Assembly (NCBI GenBank): GCA_964358895.1 | Contig: CAYHPR010000001.1 | Location: 9,218 to 73,217, forward strand | Length of the DNA: 64,000 nt | Direction: 5' to 3' | From: Candidatus Micrarchaeota archaeon | GTDB lineage: Archaea > Micrarchaeota > Micrarchaeia > CABMEP01 | Shown: positions 46,709 through 56,894 of the stretch, in pieces | How the letters are laid out: each line of letters begins with the position of its first letter | Numbering within the stretch: position 1 is the first letter of the stretch | Program-made: the position numbers and the translations under genes | The notes under the pieces: model-generated | Told to the model about the DNA's origin: nothing | The model's input: only the letters and a program-made list of their open reading frames with translations | The model's database searches: none

Positions 46709-47824
46709 TTAACATACGGCAGCTAATTCACACTTTTCAATTTCTTCACAAACCAAGTCTCCAAATTGATCAGTTGAGACTATTTTATTTTCTGGAGTTT
46801 CTTTAGTTTTCAATTCCATAGTTCTATATCCGTTTCCAAATACATTGAAAAGCGCATTCCAAATTGCGTTTGCATCTTCTTTCAAATTAAATGATTTATC
46901 TAACATAAACGCTACGGAACCAATCATTGAATAAGGATTTGCAATGTTTTGGCAAGCAATATTTGGAGCTGAACCATGTGCAGGTTCATAATAACTTTTT
47001 TCAGGACCAATACATGCAGATGGCATTAAACCGAGCGATCCAAGAATTCCGCCTGCTTGATCAGTTAGTATATCTCCCATCATATTCTCAAAAAGCATTA
47101 CACCATTAAACTGACGTGGATTAACCATTAATTGAAAAGCGGCGTTGTCGACCAACATGTGCTCAAATAAAACATCCGTATAGTCTCTACGAACATTCTC
47201 TACTATTTCGTTCCAAAAAACGCTACAGGTTAAAACATTTGCTTTGTGTATATTGTAAAGTTTAGATCGTCTTGAAACGGCTTCATCAAATGCAAGCCTG
47301 GCTATTCTCACAACTTGATCTTCTTCGTATTTCATTTCATCAATTGCATACCTTTTCCCGTTTTCATCTGTTCCGGTATCGTTTTTCCCAAAATAAATAC
47401 CGCCAACAAGTTCTCGTATCATCATAATGTTAACGCCTTCACCTATAACTTCTGGTTTAAGAGGTGAAGAACTGAACAGAGCAGGTGGTGCTTTAACGGG
47501 TCTAAGATTTGCAAAAGTATCATACCTTTTTCTCAATGGCAGTATCGCGCCTCTTTCTGGTCGAAGATTGACATCTCCGATTTTATCGTATTTAGGTCCA
47601 CCAACTGGACCTTTCAGTATAGCGTCTGCCTTATCACAAATTGCCTTAGTCTCATCTGGAAACGGATGTCCGTATTTGTCATAAGCAACTCCACCAAAAT
47701 CAGCAAATAGAAGTGTGAACTCATGTCCTCTTTTCTTTGCAACAACATCGAGGACTTTTAAGCCTTCTTTCATTATTTCTGGCCCAATTCCGTCGCCTGG
47801 CAAAACCGCAATTGTCTTTTTCAT
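46709..47824 (-). CDS. leuB: 3-isopropylmalate dehydrogenase (bacterial type)
   Basis: LPGDGIGPE, NLRP, RELVGGIYFG, KANV, N..GDIL.D, EPAHGSAP. Confidence 0.94.
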   Translation of the reverse strand: MKKTIAVLPGDGIGPEIMKEGLKVLDVVAKKRGHEFTLLFADFGGVAYDKYGHPFPDETKAICDKADAILKGPVGGPKYDKIGDVNLRPERGAILPLRKRYDTFANLRPVKAPPALFSSSPLKPEVIGEGVNIMMIRELVGGIYFGKNDTGTDENGKRYAIDEMKYEEDQVVRIARLAFDEAVSRRSKLYNIHKANVLTCSVFWNEIVENVRRDYTDVLFEHMLVDNAAFQLMVNPRQFNGVMLFENMMGDILTDQAGGILGSLGLMPSACIGPEKSYYEPAHGSAPNIACQNIANPYSMIGSVAFMLDKSFNLKEDANAIWNALFNVFGNGYRTMELKTKETPENKIVSTDQFGDLVCEEIEKCELAAVC

Positions 47825-47887
47825 AGTCACACACAAAAATACTTTATCATTTTAATAACTGGTTGAACTATATATACTTTTCTGCGA

Positions 47888-48640
47888 TTATACTCTTACT
47901 CTTGGCCCTCTTCGTTTTACTTCTTCCTTCGGAACATAAACTGCTTCTCCTTCAAACTTTCCTTTCTTCTCAAAAACAACCTTTGTTTCTGGTTCTTCTT
48001 CAATTTTCTTTTCCACAATCACAGGTTTTGGTTTCGTTTCATCTAAAACTTTTTTTATCCTCTGAATAGCAGAAATGTTTGCAAGAATAGCAAGAATTGG
48101 AAGCAGATATGCTAGAAAGATAATGTCAAATCCAGCTAAGAAAATGCCTGCAGTAAGCAGCCCAACTCTCTCCGCCCGTTCTAAGATGCCTCCCCTTATC
48201 TCTGGAATGTTAAGTTCTTTTTCCTTGGCAGCTGCCTTTACATAAGTTGTTGCCATTGCGCCGAATAGATAAAATGAAAGCCATACCTTTGCTGGCCAGA
48301 TAACTCCTGGAATAGCAACAAAAAACAACGGGAAGAGATAAAGAAATTCTGTATAACGATCACTGACCGTATCGATGTACGCACCCAACTTAGTAACACG
48401 GCGCGAGTAACGAGCCACAGCTCCATCAACCCAGTCAAAGAAACCTGAGAGCACTATGAGAACTGCGCCTAAAATAAATTGTTCACTGTAAATGAATAGA
48501 GACGCGAATACGGCAATAACAAGAGATAGAAGCGTCCAATGATTTGGATCCCTGTCAATCTTACTGAAAAAAGCACCTATTCCTTCCCGCAATTGATTAA
48601 CTTGCTTCGGAAGTTTATTTGCATTTTCAAATAACGTCAT
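47888..48640 (-). CDS. CDP-alcohol phosphatidyltransferase (archaetidylinositol-phosphate/PgsA-like)
   Basis: D.VDGAVAR.....T.LGAYIDT.SDR motif; ERAER. Confidence 0.9.
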   Translation of the reverse strand: MTLFENANKLPKQVNQLREGIGAFFSKIDRDPNHWTLLSLVIAVFASLFIYSEQFILGAVLIVLSGFFDWVDGAVARYSRRVTKLGAYIDTVSDRYTEFLYLFPLFFVAIPGVIWPAKVWLSFYLFGAMATTYVKAAAKEKELNIPEIRGGILERAERVGLLTAGIFLAGFDIIFLAYLLPILAILANISAIQRIKKVLDETKPKPVIVEKKIEEEPETKVVFEKKGKFEGEAVYVPKEEVKRRGPRVRV

Positions 48641-48727
48641 AAATACACTAATATTATAGATAGTTAAATTATATATAGCTTGCACCAAGCGTATATTTAT
48701 TCACTGAATATCTGTGTGGGATTAATT

Positions 48728-49729
48728 ATGAACACAAACCTGAATACAAATGCAAATGTACAGTTAGAATTTGCTGCAAAATATCCCTTTTCCAAAACAG
48801 CTAAAGAACTGATTGGAAGTAGCAGTGTTGAGATTAATTTTGACGTAATGGAAAGGGCGAAGAAAAGAGTTGCAGATGGAGTCACAAACGAGAACATAAC
48901 TTCGTTTTATACAACTGATCAAAAACTTCTCAAGACAGAAGTGCTTTCTTATCCGATCTCTAAGATGATTGCATCCGAACTTGACAGAAAATTCATGATG
49001 AGATATGCAAATGGGGAGATAAGGAGAGCAGTCAGATACCTAAGAGAAAATGAAAGTGAATTATCGAAAGTTTGTCAAGAATTTGGCATTGAACATAAAG
49101 GGCTCAGCATGTCGCTTAGGTCTTATCTTAAGTACATTCCAAAAAGCAGGGAATGTAGGCTCTTATCTCAAAGCATATCTGAAGGAAATGTGATACTTGA
49201 TCAAAACAAATTCTTAGGAGTGGTTGCCGAAGCAATAAGAAGAACTGTTGAACACGGACTCCCAGTTAAACCACATATGATCCCTCCTGAATTGAAAAAA
49301 GATATCGAAGAAGCTGCCACAGAGGTTAAAGAAGAAATTAAAGACATAAAACTGACAGAAAGAGAGGTAACTGTTGCAAGCTCACAGATTGCACCATGTA
49401 TGCAAAAAATAATTGATAAAGCTAGAAGCGGTGAAAATATTTCACATTTTGCAAGAGTAGCTATTGCAGCGTATCTAGTAAAGAAAGGTTTCCCTTCTGA
49501 TTTTATTGTTGAAGTAATCTCGCATACTCCAAATTTCAATGAAAAAATAACTCGTTATCAAATAGATTTTATCAAAAAGAAGGGTTACAATACAACATCC
49601 TGTATGAATATGGATTCGTACGGGCTTAGGCTGCCCGAATGTGGGTGCCTTGGAATTGCGGGGATAAAGAATCCGATACAATTTGGCACAAGAACTGGCA
49701 AATTTAGAGCAGTTAGGGGAAGAAAATGA
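48728..49729 (+). CDS. priL: DNA primase large subunit
   Basis: KYPF, APCM, H.AR, P.FNEKITRYQ, SC..M...GL...C. Confidence 0.88.
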   Translation: MNTNLNTNANVQLEFAAKYPFSKTAKELIGSSSVEINFDVMERAKKRVADGVTNENITSFYTTDQKLLKTEVLSYPISKMIASELDRKFMMRYANGEIRRAVRYLRENESELSKVCQEFGIEHKGLSMSLRSYLKYIPKSRECRLLSQSISEGNVILDQNKFLGVVAEAIRRTVEHGLPVKPHMIPPELKKDIEEAATEVKEEIKDIKLTEREVTVASSQIAPCMQKIIDKARSGENISHFARVAIAAYLVKKGFPSDFIVEVISHTPNFNEKITRYQIDFIKKKGYNTTSCMNMDSYGLRLPECGCLGIAGIKNPIQFGTRTGKFRAVRGRK

Positions 49730-50862
49730 ACGAAACTGTAACTGAAGAGAATTTTATAAAAGAAAAATTCAAAAGATATTACTCATCTGCATGGACAAAA
49801 GGCCCAGTTAATATTCATACACGAGAGTTTGGGTTTGGAACGTGGACCAAAAAAATTGAATCAAGACATTTTTCCTTTGCTAATGAAAAAGAACTGAATA
49901 GCTATCTGGCCAGGAATGTTCCATTCTACATTTCGCATTCTGTTGCTTTTTACAAATTTCCATCAGCAAGACCAATTCAGAAAAAAGAATGGGTAAACGG
50001 AGAGATAGTTTTTGATTTTGATGCAAACCAGCTTGGATCACCCTGCACAGAGAGACATGGAAAGGAATGGGTTTGTCGAGAATGTATGGGTAAAGCAAAG
50101 GAGAATGCGCTTAGACTCATTGAAGATTATCTTATTGGTGAATTTGGAGTTAACGAAGAAAGCTTGTCCGTTAATTTTTCAGGAAATAGAGGCTACCATG
50201 TTCATTTGATGGGAGGATTTGAAGAGTTAAACAGTTACGCAAGGCGTGAGATTGCAGATTATGTTAATGGAAGAGGCGTGGAGTATGAAGACTTATTTGT
50301 AGAGGACAAAATCAGAAAGAAAACGATAGGCCCGAAAACAACTGAGGGCGGGTGGAAAGGAAGATTTGCAAAAATATTTTTAGAATACCTTACAAACCGA
50401 AGGTTAGAGAACATTGGAGTAACTCCTAAGACTGCCAATAGATTTTATGAGAAGAATGATGCAATAAAACAGATTGAAGCTGGGAATTGGGATACTGTTT
50501 TCATAAGTAACAAGAAGAAATTCATAGAAAAACTGATTGCAGAAGTAATTAGAATTAAAGGATGTGGAGTTGATGAAGGCGTAACTTTCGATACAAGTAA
50601 ACTCATTAGGATGCCAGACAGCATACATGGAGAGACGGGATTGATTGCTAAAAGGATGCAGCTAAAAGACTTGAAAAAATTCGATTATACAACGGAACCG
50701 ATAGTATTCAAAGGAAACCCGATAAAGATCTCAGTTAACAACTGCCCAGAAGTAACGCTTAACGGACAAACGTTTGGCCCTTACAAAGACAAAACAATTG
50801 AGCTACCAGAGTATGTTGCAGTTTATCTGCTATGCAAGAAGGTTGCGACTCTCGCACAATAA
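49726..50862 (+). CDS. priS: DNA primase small (catalytic) subunit
   Basis: REFGF, VFDFDA, FSGNRGYHVH, DE.VT.D...LIRMP.S.HG. Confidence 0.94.
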   Translation: MNETVTEENFIKEKFKRYYSSAWTKGPVNIHTREFGFGTWTKKIESRHFSFANEKELNSYLARNVPFYISHSVAFYKFPSARPIQKKEWVNGEIVFDFDANQLGSPCTERHGKEWVCRECMGKAKENALRLIEDYLIGEFGVNEESLSVNFSGNRGYHVHLMGGFEELNSYARREIADYVNGRGVEYEDLFVEDKIRKKTIGPKTTEGGWKGRFAKIFLEYLTNRRLENIGVTPKTANRFYEKNDAIKQIEAGNWDTVFISNKKKFIEKLIAEVIRIKGCGVDEGVTFDTSKLIRMPDSIHGETGLIAKRMQLKDLKKFDYTTEPIVFKGNPIKISVNNCPEVTLNGQTFGPYKDKTIELPEYVAVYLLCKKVATLAQ

Positions 50863-50902
50863 GAATAAATAGCTTGTTTAGCAGTTATGGTTGTGGGAAG
50901 AT

Positions 50903-51496
50903 ATGGAAGAACTGAATTATGAGGAACTAAGAAGGATACAGACAAAAGAGAAAGGTCCACTGCTTGCGCCCATACCGGACAATTTATATGAATTGGCAAC
51001 CAAGATGATACATAGGTATTCTGTTAGCAGCATTAACGATTTAAGGGAAAAAGAAAACGTTTTTAAAATCCTGAAGTATATTCATAATAGGAGAACTGAG
51101 AAAATTCTTATGTCGGCTCTCAATTCAAGCAAAGGTGTGGAACCTCCTGTTGAGATGACAAAAAAAGAAAAAGAGTTTTTTTCGCAGTTGATTATAATCC
51201 TGAAAGAAGAGGAACAAACCTCAGGATTTAACAATCCAGGAGAAGAGAGTAAACAAACAGCTTCTTCTATGATAAAAGAGATAAAAAAAGAAGCAACAAA
51301 CGAAACAACTGAAGGCATAAGTGAAGAAAACAAACTTAATAAGAGTGGAAGTGAAATAAATATAATTAAAGATATTGAAGAGTTTGTTGGATTGAATGGG
51401 AATACGTATGGCCCATACAAAACCGGCGAAAGGATATCTATTCCGAAAGAAGAAGCTGAAACACTAATAAAGATTAAGGCTGCAAAACAGATTTGA
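50903..51496 (+). CDS. GINS complex subunit (Gins15/Gins51)
   Basis: RR.EKI A-domain; C-terminal B-domain F.G..G..YGPYK.GE.I.IP..EA..LI; follows priS. Confidence 0.75.
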   Translation: MEELNYEELRRIQTKEKGPLLAPIPDNLYELATKMIHRYSVSSINDLREKENVFKILKYIHNRRTEKILMSALNSSKGVEPPVEMTKKEKEFFSQLIIILKEEEQTSGFNNPGEESKQTASSMIKEIKKEATNETTEGISEENKLNKSGSEINIIKDIEEFVGLNGNTYGPYKTGERISIPKEEAETLIKIKAAKQI

Positions 51497-51523
51497 GAGA
51501 CGAAAAATAAAAAGAGTGAAAAT

Positions 51524-51814
51524 ATGAAAATGATTGATACGACAAGAACATATTGTCCTGAGTGTAATAAACATACTGTTCAGAAGGTTAAACTCTATAA
51601 AAAAGGAAAAGAAAGCCCATTCTCTTACGGTAAAAGAAGATACGAAAGAAAATTGAGAGGATACGTGGGCAAGGTTAGCGGTAAGAAGTCCGTAAAGAAA
51701 AGAGGAAAGCACCAAAAGATAATGCTTGAATGCACAGTTTGCAAACACAGACAAGAACGAGTAATTGGAGGACGAACAGAAAAGGTTCTTGAGATTGTAA
51801 AGGTTGCATCGTAG
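51524..51814 (+). CDS. rpl44e: 50S ribosomal protein L44e
   Basis: TYCP.CNKHT, G.RRY.RK..GY, LECTVC. Confidence 0.94.
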   Translation: MKMIDTTRTYCPECNKHTVQKVKLYKKGKESPFSYGKRRYERKLRGYVGKVSGKKSVKKRGKHQKIMLECTVCKHRQERVIGGRTEKVLEIVKVAS

Positions 51815-51868
51815 TAATAGTAGAGATAGCTACGACTAAATGAAACTACTAAAGGGAGTAAGGATATT

Positions 51869-52048
51869 ATGGATAAAAAAACACCTAAATCAAAGTTTTT
51901 CCAAGTCAAACACGACTGTGGAAATGAACAAACAGTTTTTGACAGCATTAAAATGGAAGTTAAATGCTTGATGTGCAACAAACCATTGGCAAAACCGACC
52001 GGAGGGCATTCACATATACTTGGTAAAATCGTAAAAGGTGTTGACTAA
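51869..52048 (+). CDS. rps27e: 30S ribosomal protein S27e (not in ORF track)
   Basis: PKSKFFQVKHDCGNEQTVF...VKCLMC...LAKPTGG. Confidence 0.9.
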   Translation: MDKKTPKSKFFQVKHDCGNEQTVFDSIKMEVKCLMCNKPLAKPTGGHSHILGKIVKGVD

Positions 52049-52803
52049 TGAAGGAGATGCCGGATTATGACGAGTTAGTCATTGCCACAATAAAAAAGAT
52101 TTTCCCGTATGGTGCTTTTTGTTATCTTGAAGAATATAAGAAAGAAGGTTTCATTCACGTTTCTGAAGTTGCTCCTCGCTGGATAAAAAATATTCATAAT
52201 TTTGTAAAGGAAGGACAGAGAGTTGTAGGAAGAGTTTATAGAATTGTTCCAGAGAAAAACCTAATTGATATCTCACTGAAAAGAGTGTCAGATTCAGACG
52301 AAGCTAGAAAACTAGAGTCATTCAAACGCGACAAACGTGTTATGAAGCTGCTTGAAGTTGCAAGGGCTAAAACAAAGAAAGCTTCAAAACTGACAATTGA
52401 AGAGATAAAATCTAAGATTGAACAGGCATACGGTGATGGTTATCTTGGATTTGAACAGGCAGCAAGCGATGGCGAAGAAGGACTGAAAAAGGCTGAATTG
52501 CCTGAAGAATGGGTAAAATCTATTGTAGAAGTTGCTAAGGATAACATAAAGAAACAAAAAAGAAGAATAAACGGTGTATTAACGATCCAATCAAATCAAT
52601 CAAATGGAATTGAAGTGATTAAATCTGCACTTAATATAAAAAATGCAGAGATTGTATACCTCGGCGCACCGAGATATCTTATTACTGTGGAAGGAGAGGA
52701 TTATAAGAAATGTGAAAAACATCTTAAGGCGATAGTAGAGGAAGTTACAGAAGTAGTAGAAAATAGCGGCGGAAAATGCGAATTTGAAAGAAAAGAAGAA
52801 TGA
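52048..52803 (+). CDS. Translation initiation factor aIF2 alpha
   Basis: S1 domain YGAF..L.EY..EGFIH.SEV..RWIKNI; GAPRY. Confidence 0.95.
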   Translation: MKEMPDYDELVIATIKKIFPYGAFCYLEEYKKEGFIHVSEVAPRWIKNIHNFVKEGQRVVGRVYRIVPEKNLIDISLKRVSDSDEARKLESFKRDKRVMKLLEVARAKTKKASKLTIEEIKSKIEQAYGDGYLGFEQAASDGEEGLKKAELPEEWVKSIVEVAKDNIKKQKRRINGVLTIQSNQSNGIEVIKSALNIKNAEIVYLGAPRYLITVEGEDYKKCEKHLKAIVEEVTEVVENSGGKCEFERKEE

Positions 52804-52814
52804 TCTGTGAAAAC

Positions 52815-52988
52815 ATGGTAGAAAATAAATTGAGAAAATGTACAGTTTGTAATGCTTATACGATGGAAGTGATGCACCACGAGACTAACACAAGAGTTGG
52901 GCATCCTGTAAGATATAATAAGTTTATAAGTGAAGAGTATAGTAAGTATAGACTCGAACTTGATACAGGTAAAGAAGAGAAAAAATGA
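52815..52988 (+). CDS. nop10: Nop10 (H/ACA RNP subunit)
   Basis: LRKC..C..YTM, HP.RY.....YSKYR; synteny after aIF2alpha. Confidence 0.85.
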   Translation: MVENKLRKCTVCNAYTMEVMHHETNTRVGHPVRYNKFISEEYSKYRLELDTGKEEKK

Positions 52989-53031
52989 TTTGCTTTTTTT
53001 GAAAAGCAAAGTTTTCTAATAGGGTGAGAAA

Positions 53032-53874
53032 ATGAAAAAAAAGAAAACTGAAACAGCACCAAAGGAACAAAAACAAACCGAATCGAAAAGGATTAGAACT
53101 GAGATTTTCATGCCCGATGGCATTCCAAAACTTGTGAATCCTGTACTGATCGAAGGATTGCCAGGAATAGGATTTGTTGGAAAACTTGCTGCAGAACACA
53201 TGGTTGAAGAACTGAAGGCTAAAAAAGTAGCAGAACTTTATTCGCACCATTTTCCCCATCAGATTCTCATTAACAAGGATGGCAGTATTAAGATGCTGAA
53301 CAATGAGATTCATATTTACAAAGACCCGAACAAAAGAAATGACCTGATTATATTAATTGGAGATGTTCAACCAATGACGCCAGAGGCACAATACGAAGTT
53401 ATGAATGTAATTCTTAACTTTGCACAGGATAACGGAGTAAAAAGGATCATGACTCTAGGAGGATATGGCGTAGGAAGAGTAGCTGATAAGACTAGAATAT
53501 TCGGTGCAGTGACTGACAAGAAAGATATAGAGATGTACAAGAAACATGGCATTCAATTTGGAATTGCAGAAGGTTCAATTATTGGCGCTGCAGGTATGCT
53601 TTTAGGGCTTGGAAAGATGAGAGAGATGAATGGAATATGTATAATGGGTGAGACCCATGGAAATTATATCGATCACAAAGCAGCACAAAAAATAATTGAA
53701 GTTCTCTCCAGTCTTTTAGGTTTCAAGATTAGTACAGACAAACTAGAGAAAAAGGCAAAAGAAAGTGAAGATCTGATCAAGAAGATGGAAGAAGAAAGCA
53801 GGAAAGGAGAGGCACCAGTAAGCGGTATGCTGGAAATGCCGAAGAAACCTGAAGAACTTTCATATATAAGATAA
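53032..53874 (+). CDS. Proteasome assembly chaperone PAC2 family protein
   Basis: IEGLPGIG.VGKLAA, GD.Q, TLGG, CIMGET, C-terminal YIR. Confidence 0.9.
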   Translation: MKKKKTETAPKEQKQTESKRIRTEIFMPDGIPKLVNPVLIEGLPGIGFVGKLAAEHMVEELKAKKVAELYSHHFPHQILINKDGSIKMLNNEIHIYKDPNKRNDLIILIGDVQPMTPEAQYEVMNVILNFAQDNGVKRIMTLGGYGVGRVADKTRIFGAVTDKKDIEMYKKHGIQFGIAEGSIIGAAGMLLGLGKMREMNGICIMGETHGNYIDHKAAQKIIEVLSSLLGFKISTDKLEKKAKESEDLIKKMEEESRKGEAPVSGMLEMPKKPEELSYIR

Positions 53875-53880
53875 TTGCAG

Positions 53881-54945
53881 TTATCTTTTCAGACCAAGAT
53901 AATCTGTCAATGCTTTTATACAATAAGAAGTAGTTATTGTTTGGCCTCCAACAATTATGCCGTCGTTCTGATGCGTATCGATCCATTGTGCAGCTGGCCA
54001 AGACCCCTCTCTTGATTGCTGGTCCAATAAAACAGAAACTGACTTTTCTAAGCTCATTCCCAGGATGCTACCACTACTAATGGCTAGCGCAGTACTTAAC
54101 GAGTCTCCGTAATCTCCTTTCGCACCTATCGAGGATAAGAATCTTATTGACTTGTCGTTAACTCGTTTGAGCTGATGTCCTCCATTAATCGCTCGCAAAC
54201 AGTGGTAGGTCCCGTAATACGGCCCGAAATACCAAGTACTTTTCCAGAAGCCTTCAGGTTCTTGCTTTGATATTAAAAATTCAAGGATATCGTTTAATCT
54301 TTCTTTGAATACTATTAACGCCATTTGATTAAGTTTAGACAACATGCTCAAAGCAGTCACAACGTTGGCGACTACTTCGCTATCTTCTGTCCCGCCATAA
54401 CCTCTGCCCCAGAATTTGCTTGTGAAATCTGATTCAGCTGGATCGCTTAACAACCAAGTATTGATTGAACCGTTATCTCTGATATTTTTAGACAGAATTT
54501 GGAGCTCTTCTATTACCATGCTGATCTGATCAGTTGATCCCCATAAACAAGCAACCTTCAATATCTGCGCCAGATCATCAGAATCTGGAGGAAGCGGCTT
54601 AAAATCTTCAAAATATCTCCATCCGTCGGAATCTTTAAGTGAAAGAACTCGGTTTAAATTTTCAGTTGAGATTTTATGAACCTCATAATCCTCTAAGTAA
54701 ATATTTTCAGTTATGACCATCCTTTGGAAGATATGTCCTGAATGCTCTCTGTTTCCGTACTTGCTTAAAAGTTCTTTCCCGTCTTGACTGAATACTTTTG
54801 CATATCCACCCAGCCATGCGTTTGTACCTTCCTTTGACATAATGTGCCTATCTAAAGGATAATTTTTTTCGTGTTGGATTTTGACAAATTCATACGCTTT
54901 GTAAAGCGAACTGCCAACCTTATTTCGAAGAACTGAAGATTCCAT
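53881..54945 (-). CDS. Prenyltransferase/squalene-cyclase-fold protein (class II terpene cyclase-like beta domain)
   Basis: GWRYF..F..LPPDSDD (DxDD), QW-like repeats KQEPEGFW and QQSREGSW, W....YYGT. Confidence 0.7.
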   Translation of the reverse strand: MESSVLRNKVGSSLYKAYEFVKIQHEKNYPLDRHIMSKEGTNAWLGGYAKVFSQDGKELLSKYGNREHSGHIFQRMVITENIYLEDYEVHKISTENLNRVLSLKDSDGWRYFEDFKPLPPDSDDLAQILKVACLWGSTDQISMVIEELQILSKNIRDNGSINTWLLSDPAESDFTSKFWGRGYGGTEDSEVVANVVTALSMLSKLNQMALIVFKERLNDILEFLISKQEPEGFWKSTWYFGPYYGTYHCLRAINGGHQLKRVNDKSIRFLSSIGAKGDYGDSLSTALAISSGSILGMSLEKSVSVLLDQQSREGSWPAAQWIDTHQNDGIIVGGQTITTSYCIKALTDYLGLKR

Positions 54946-54982
54946 ATCTTATTTAGAGTTTTGTTATATAAAATGGTTATTA

Positions 54983-55465
54983 TCAGACTAATATGCTTAT
55001 TGCCGTTTGACCAAACCAGATAATAATTGCGAAACGCAGTCCTCTACCTATAAGTGTTGCCAGAATAAACTTTACCTTATTCATCTTCAATGCTCCTGCG
55101 ACTATTGCAATAGGATCGTAAGGAAAAGGGGTTAATGCACCAAGAAAAACTGCAATTGAACCGTATTTGTTCACCAGATCTCGTGCTTCTTTCATTATTT
55201 TGCTTTCACGCTTGACGATAGCACGTGTAAATCCAAAAGCTGCATAGAAAATGGCAGTTCCTCCGATACTTGAAGCGATGGTTGTTAAGATAAACAATTG
55301 AAAGGGGTCAAATCCAGCTGCCAATGCAACAAGGAGCACAATTTCAACTGGAATAATTGGGATTGTTGAACCGAATAAGACGACTAGGAAATATCCAAAA
55401 ATTCCGTATGCCTTAACTAATTCAGTCGCAAGTTGCAACAGGTCTGCCATAATATCAACGGCCAT
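54983..55465 (-). CDS. DedA/VTT (YqaA-like) membrane protein
   Basis: IP.E, KYG..AVF.GALTPFPY.....AG..KM, GR.LRF. Confidence 0.85.
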   Translation of the reverse strand: MAVDIMADLLQLATELVKAYGIFGYFLVVLFGSTIPIIPVEIVLLVALAAGFDPFQLFILTTIASSIGGTAIFYAAFGFTRAIVKRESKIMKEARDLVNKYGSIAVFLGALTPFPYDPIAIVAGALKMNKVKFILATLIGRGLRFAIIIWFGQTAISILV

Positions 55466-55477
55466 TTAACTATTCTA

Positions 55478-55756
55478 TTATTGTTCTATCAGATTTACAA
55501 AATCCTTACCTGTAGTTCCTTTTGGAAATGCAGTACCAGTAGGAGATTGAATAGGAAGTTTAATTTCCTCGCATAACCTGACCATATCCTTAAGATCGAT
55601 AATCCTATCAGTCACAATAATTGGATAAGTGCCATAAGGTGTTGTTATTTTTTTCACAGTGAACACTATTCTTTGATACATGCTACCTTTTCTAAGAACA
55701 CGTAGCTCGGCTTTTCCATCCTTAACGATCTGCTCTCTAGAGGGCATCGCTTCCAT
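55478..55756 (-). CDS. Hypothetical protein
   Basis: 92-aa ORF co-oriented with the DedA gene. Confidence 0.6.
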   Translation of the reverse strand: MEAMPSREQIVKDGKAELRVLRKGSMYQRIVFTVKKITTPYGTYPIIVTDRIIDLKDMVRLCEEIKLPIQSPTGTAFPKGTTGKDFVNLIEQ

Positions 55757-55789
55757 AAAGGATAAAAATCGGTTTGGATTAAAAAGGAT

Positions 55790-56401
55790 ATGGGTTCCTC
55801 CGATTCTTTCATTTGCACAAAATGCAATAAGTGCTGTGAAAATTCTTACAATCTAGCACTTTTCGAGTGGGAAGTTGAAAGACTAAAGAAAATGGATAAC
55901 AATGCAGATATAAGACCAGCAATAATAGGGAAGATTGGAGAAACAGAAGTAGTATTGCAGTGGGGCATGAAAGACATTGGGAAGGGGCATTGCCGTTTTC
56001 TTAGAAAGGACGGTTGTTCGATCTACAAGGATAGGCCGCTTGTTTGCCAAGCGTTTCCTTTGACTAAGTCCGGGCTGCTTAAGAATGACCAAGAAAAGAT
56101 TATTGATAAAGAATGTCCAGAAATAATAATTCCTTTTGAAACCGTTCAACAGCTAAAAAAAGAGGAATATCGAAAAAGAATGGAATCAGTTTACAATGAA
56201 ACATTTAAGTCAGCAATCCGTCTTGATGCTGCACGATCTTGGATCTCTGACCTCTACCAGTTTACAGCCAGAAAGATTAAGACAAATAAAAAAGTAGCCA
56301 CAAAAGAGAGAATTGGACTTCTTGAATTTGTAAAAAGAGAAAGATTGATGACAGATAAAGAAATCGAATACGAAATAAACCAATTGAACACTCTAAAATA
56401 G
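55790..56401 (+). CDS. YkgJ/UPF0153 CxxCxxCC cluster protein
   Basis: FICTKCNKCC...CRFL...GCSIY.DRP.VC..FP. Confidence 0.88.
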   Translation: MGSSDSFICTKCNKCCENSYNLALFEWEVERLKKMDNNADIRPAIIGKIGETEVVLQWGMKDIGKGHCRFLRKDGCSIYKDRPLVCQAFPLTKSGLLKNDQEKIIDKECPEIIIPFETVQQLKKEEYRKRMESVYNETFKSAIRLDAARSWISDLYQFTARKIKTNKKVATKERIGLLEFVKRERLMTDKEIEYEINQLNTLK

Positions 56402-56471
56402 TTATAGAACTCGGTCCTTTCTGACAGATTTTTAAATACTATAAATAAAACCACTACGGAGAGGTGTATAC

Positions 56472-56894
56472 ATGATACCGAGCGTTAGTATAAATTTAAT
56501 AGCAGTAGTAGCTGCTACAATAGTAAGTATGGTTATCGGAATGGTCTGGTATTCCCCAGCTGTTTTCGGCAATCAATGGATGAAATTAGTAGGAATGGAA
56601 AAGAAAAAAGTGAAAGAAGCAGATATGAAGAAAGAAATGATGAAGGGAATGCCGATGCAAGTTGCGGCAACATTAGTCATGACTTATTTCTTGGCCGTTT
56701 TCGTTGCATACGCACAAGCAAAGAATATTGTTGATGGAGCTATTGTAGGAATTATGGTTTGGGTTGGATTTGTTGGAACGACCGCTTCTGGAGATTATCT
56801 TTGGGGAGGTAAACCAAAACAACTCTTCTGGATAAACAATGGATTGCATCTAGTAACTCTAGCAGTTTCTGGAGCAATACTGGCAACTATGTAA
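56472..56894 (+). CDS. DUF1761 family membrane protein
   Basis: IN..AV, G.VWYSP..FG..WM, W.GFV, IN.G. Confidence 0.85.
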   Translation: MIPSVSINLIAVVAATIVSMVIGMVWYSPAVFGNQWMKLVGMEKKKVKEADMKKEMMKGMPMQVAATLVMTYFLAVFVAYAQAKNIVDGAIVGIMVWVGFVGTTASGDYLWGGKPKQLFWINNGLHLVTLAVSGAILATM

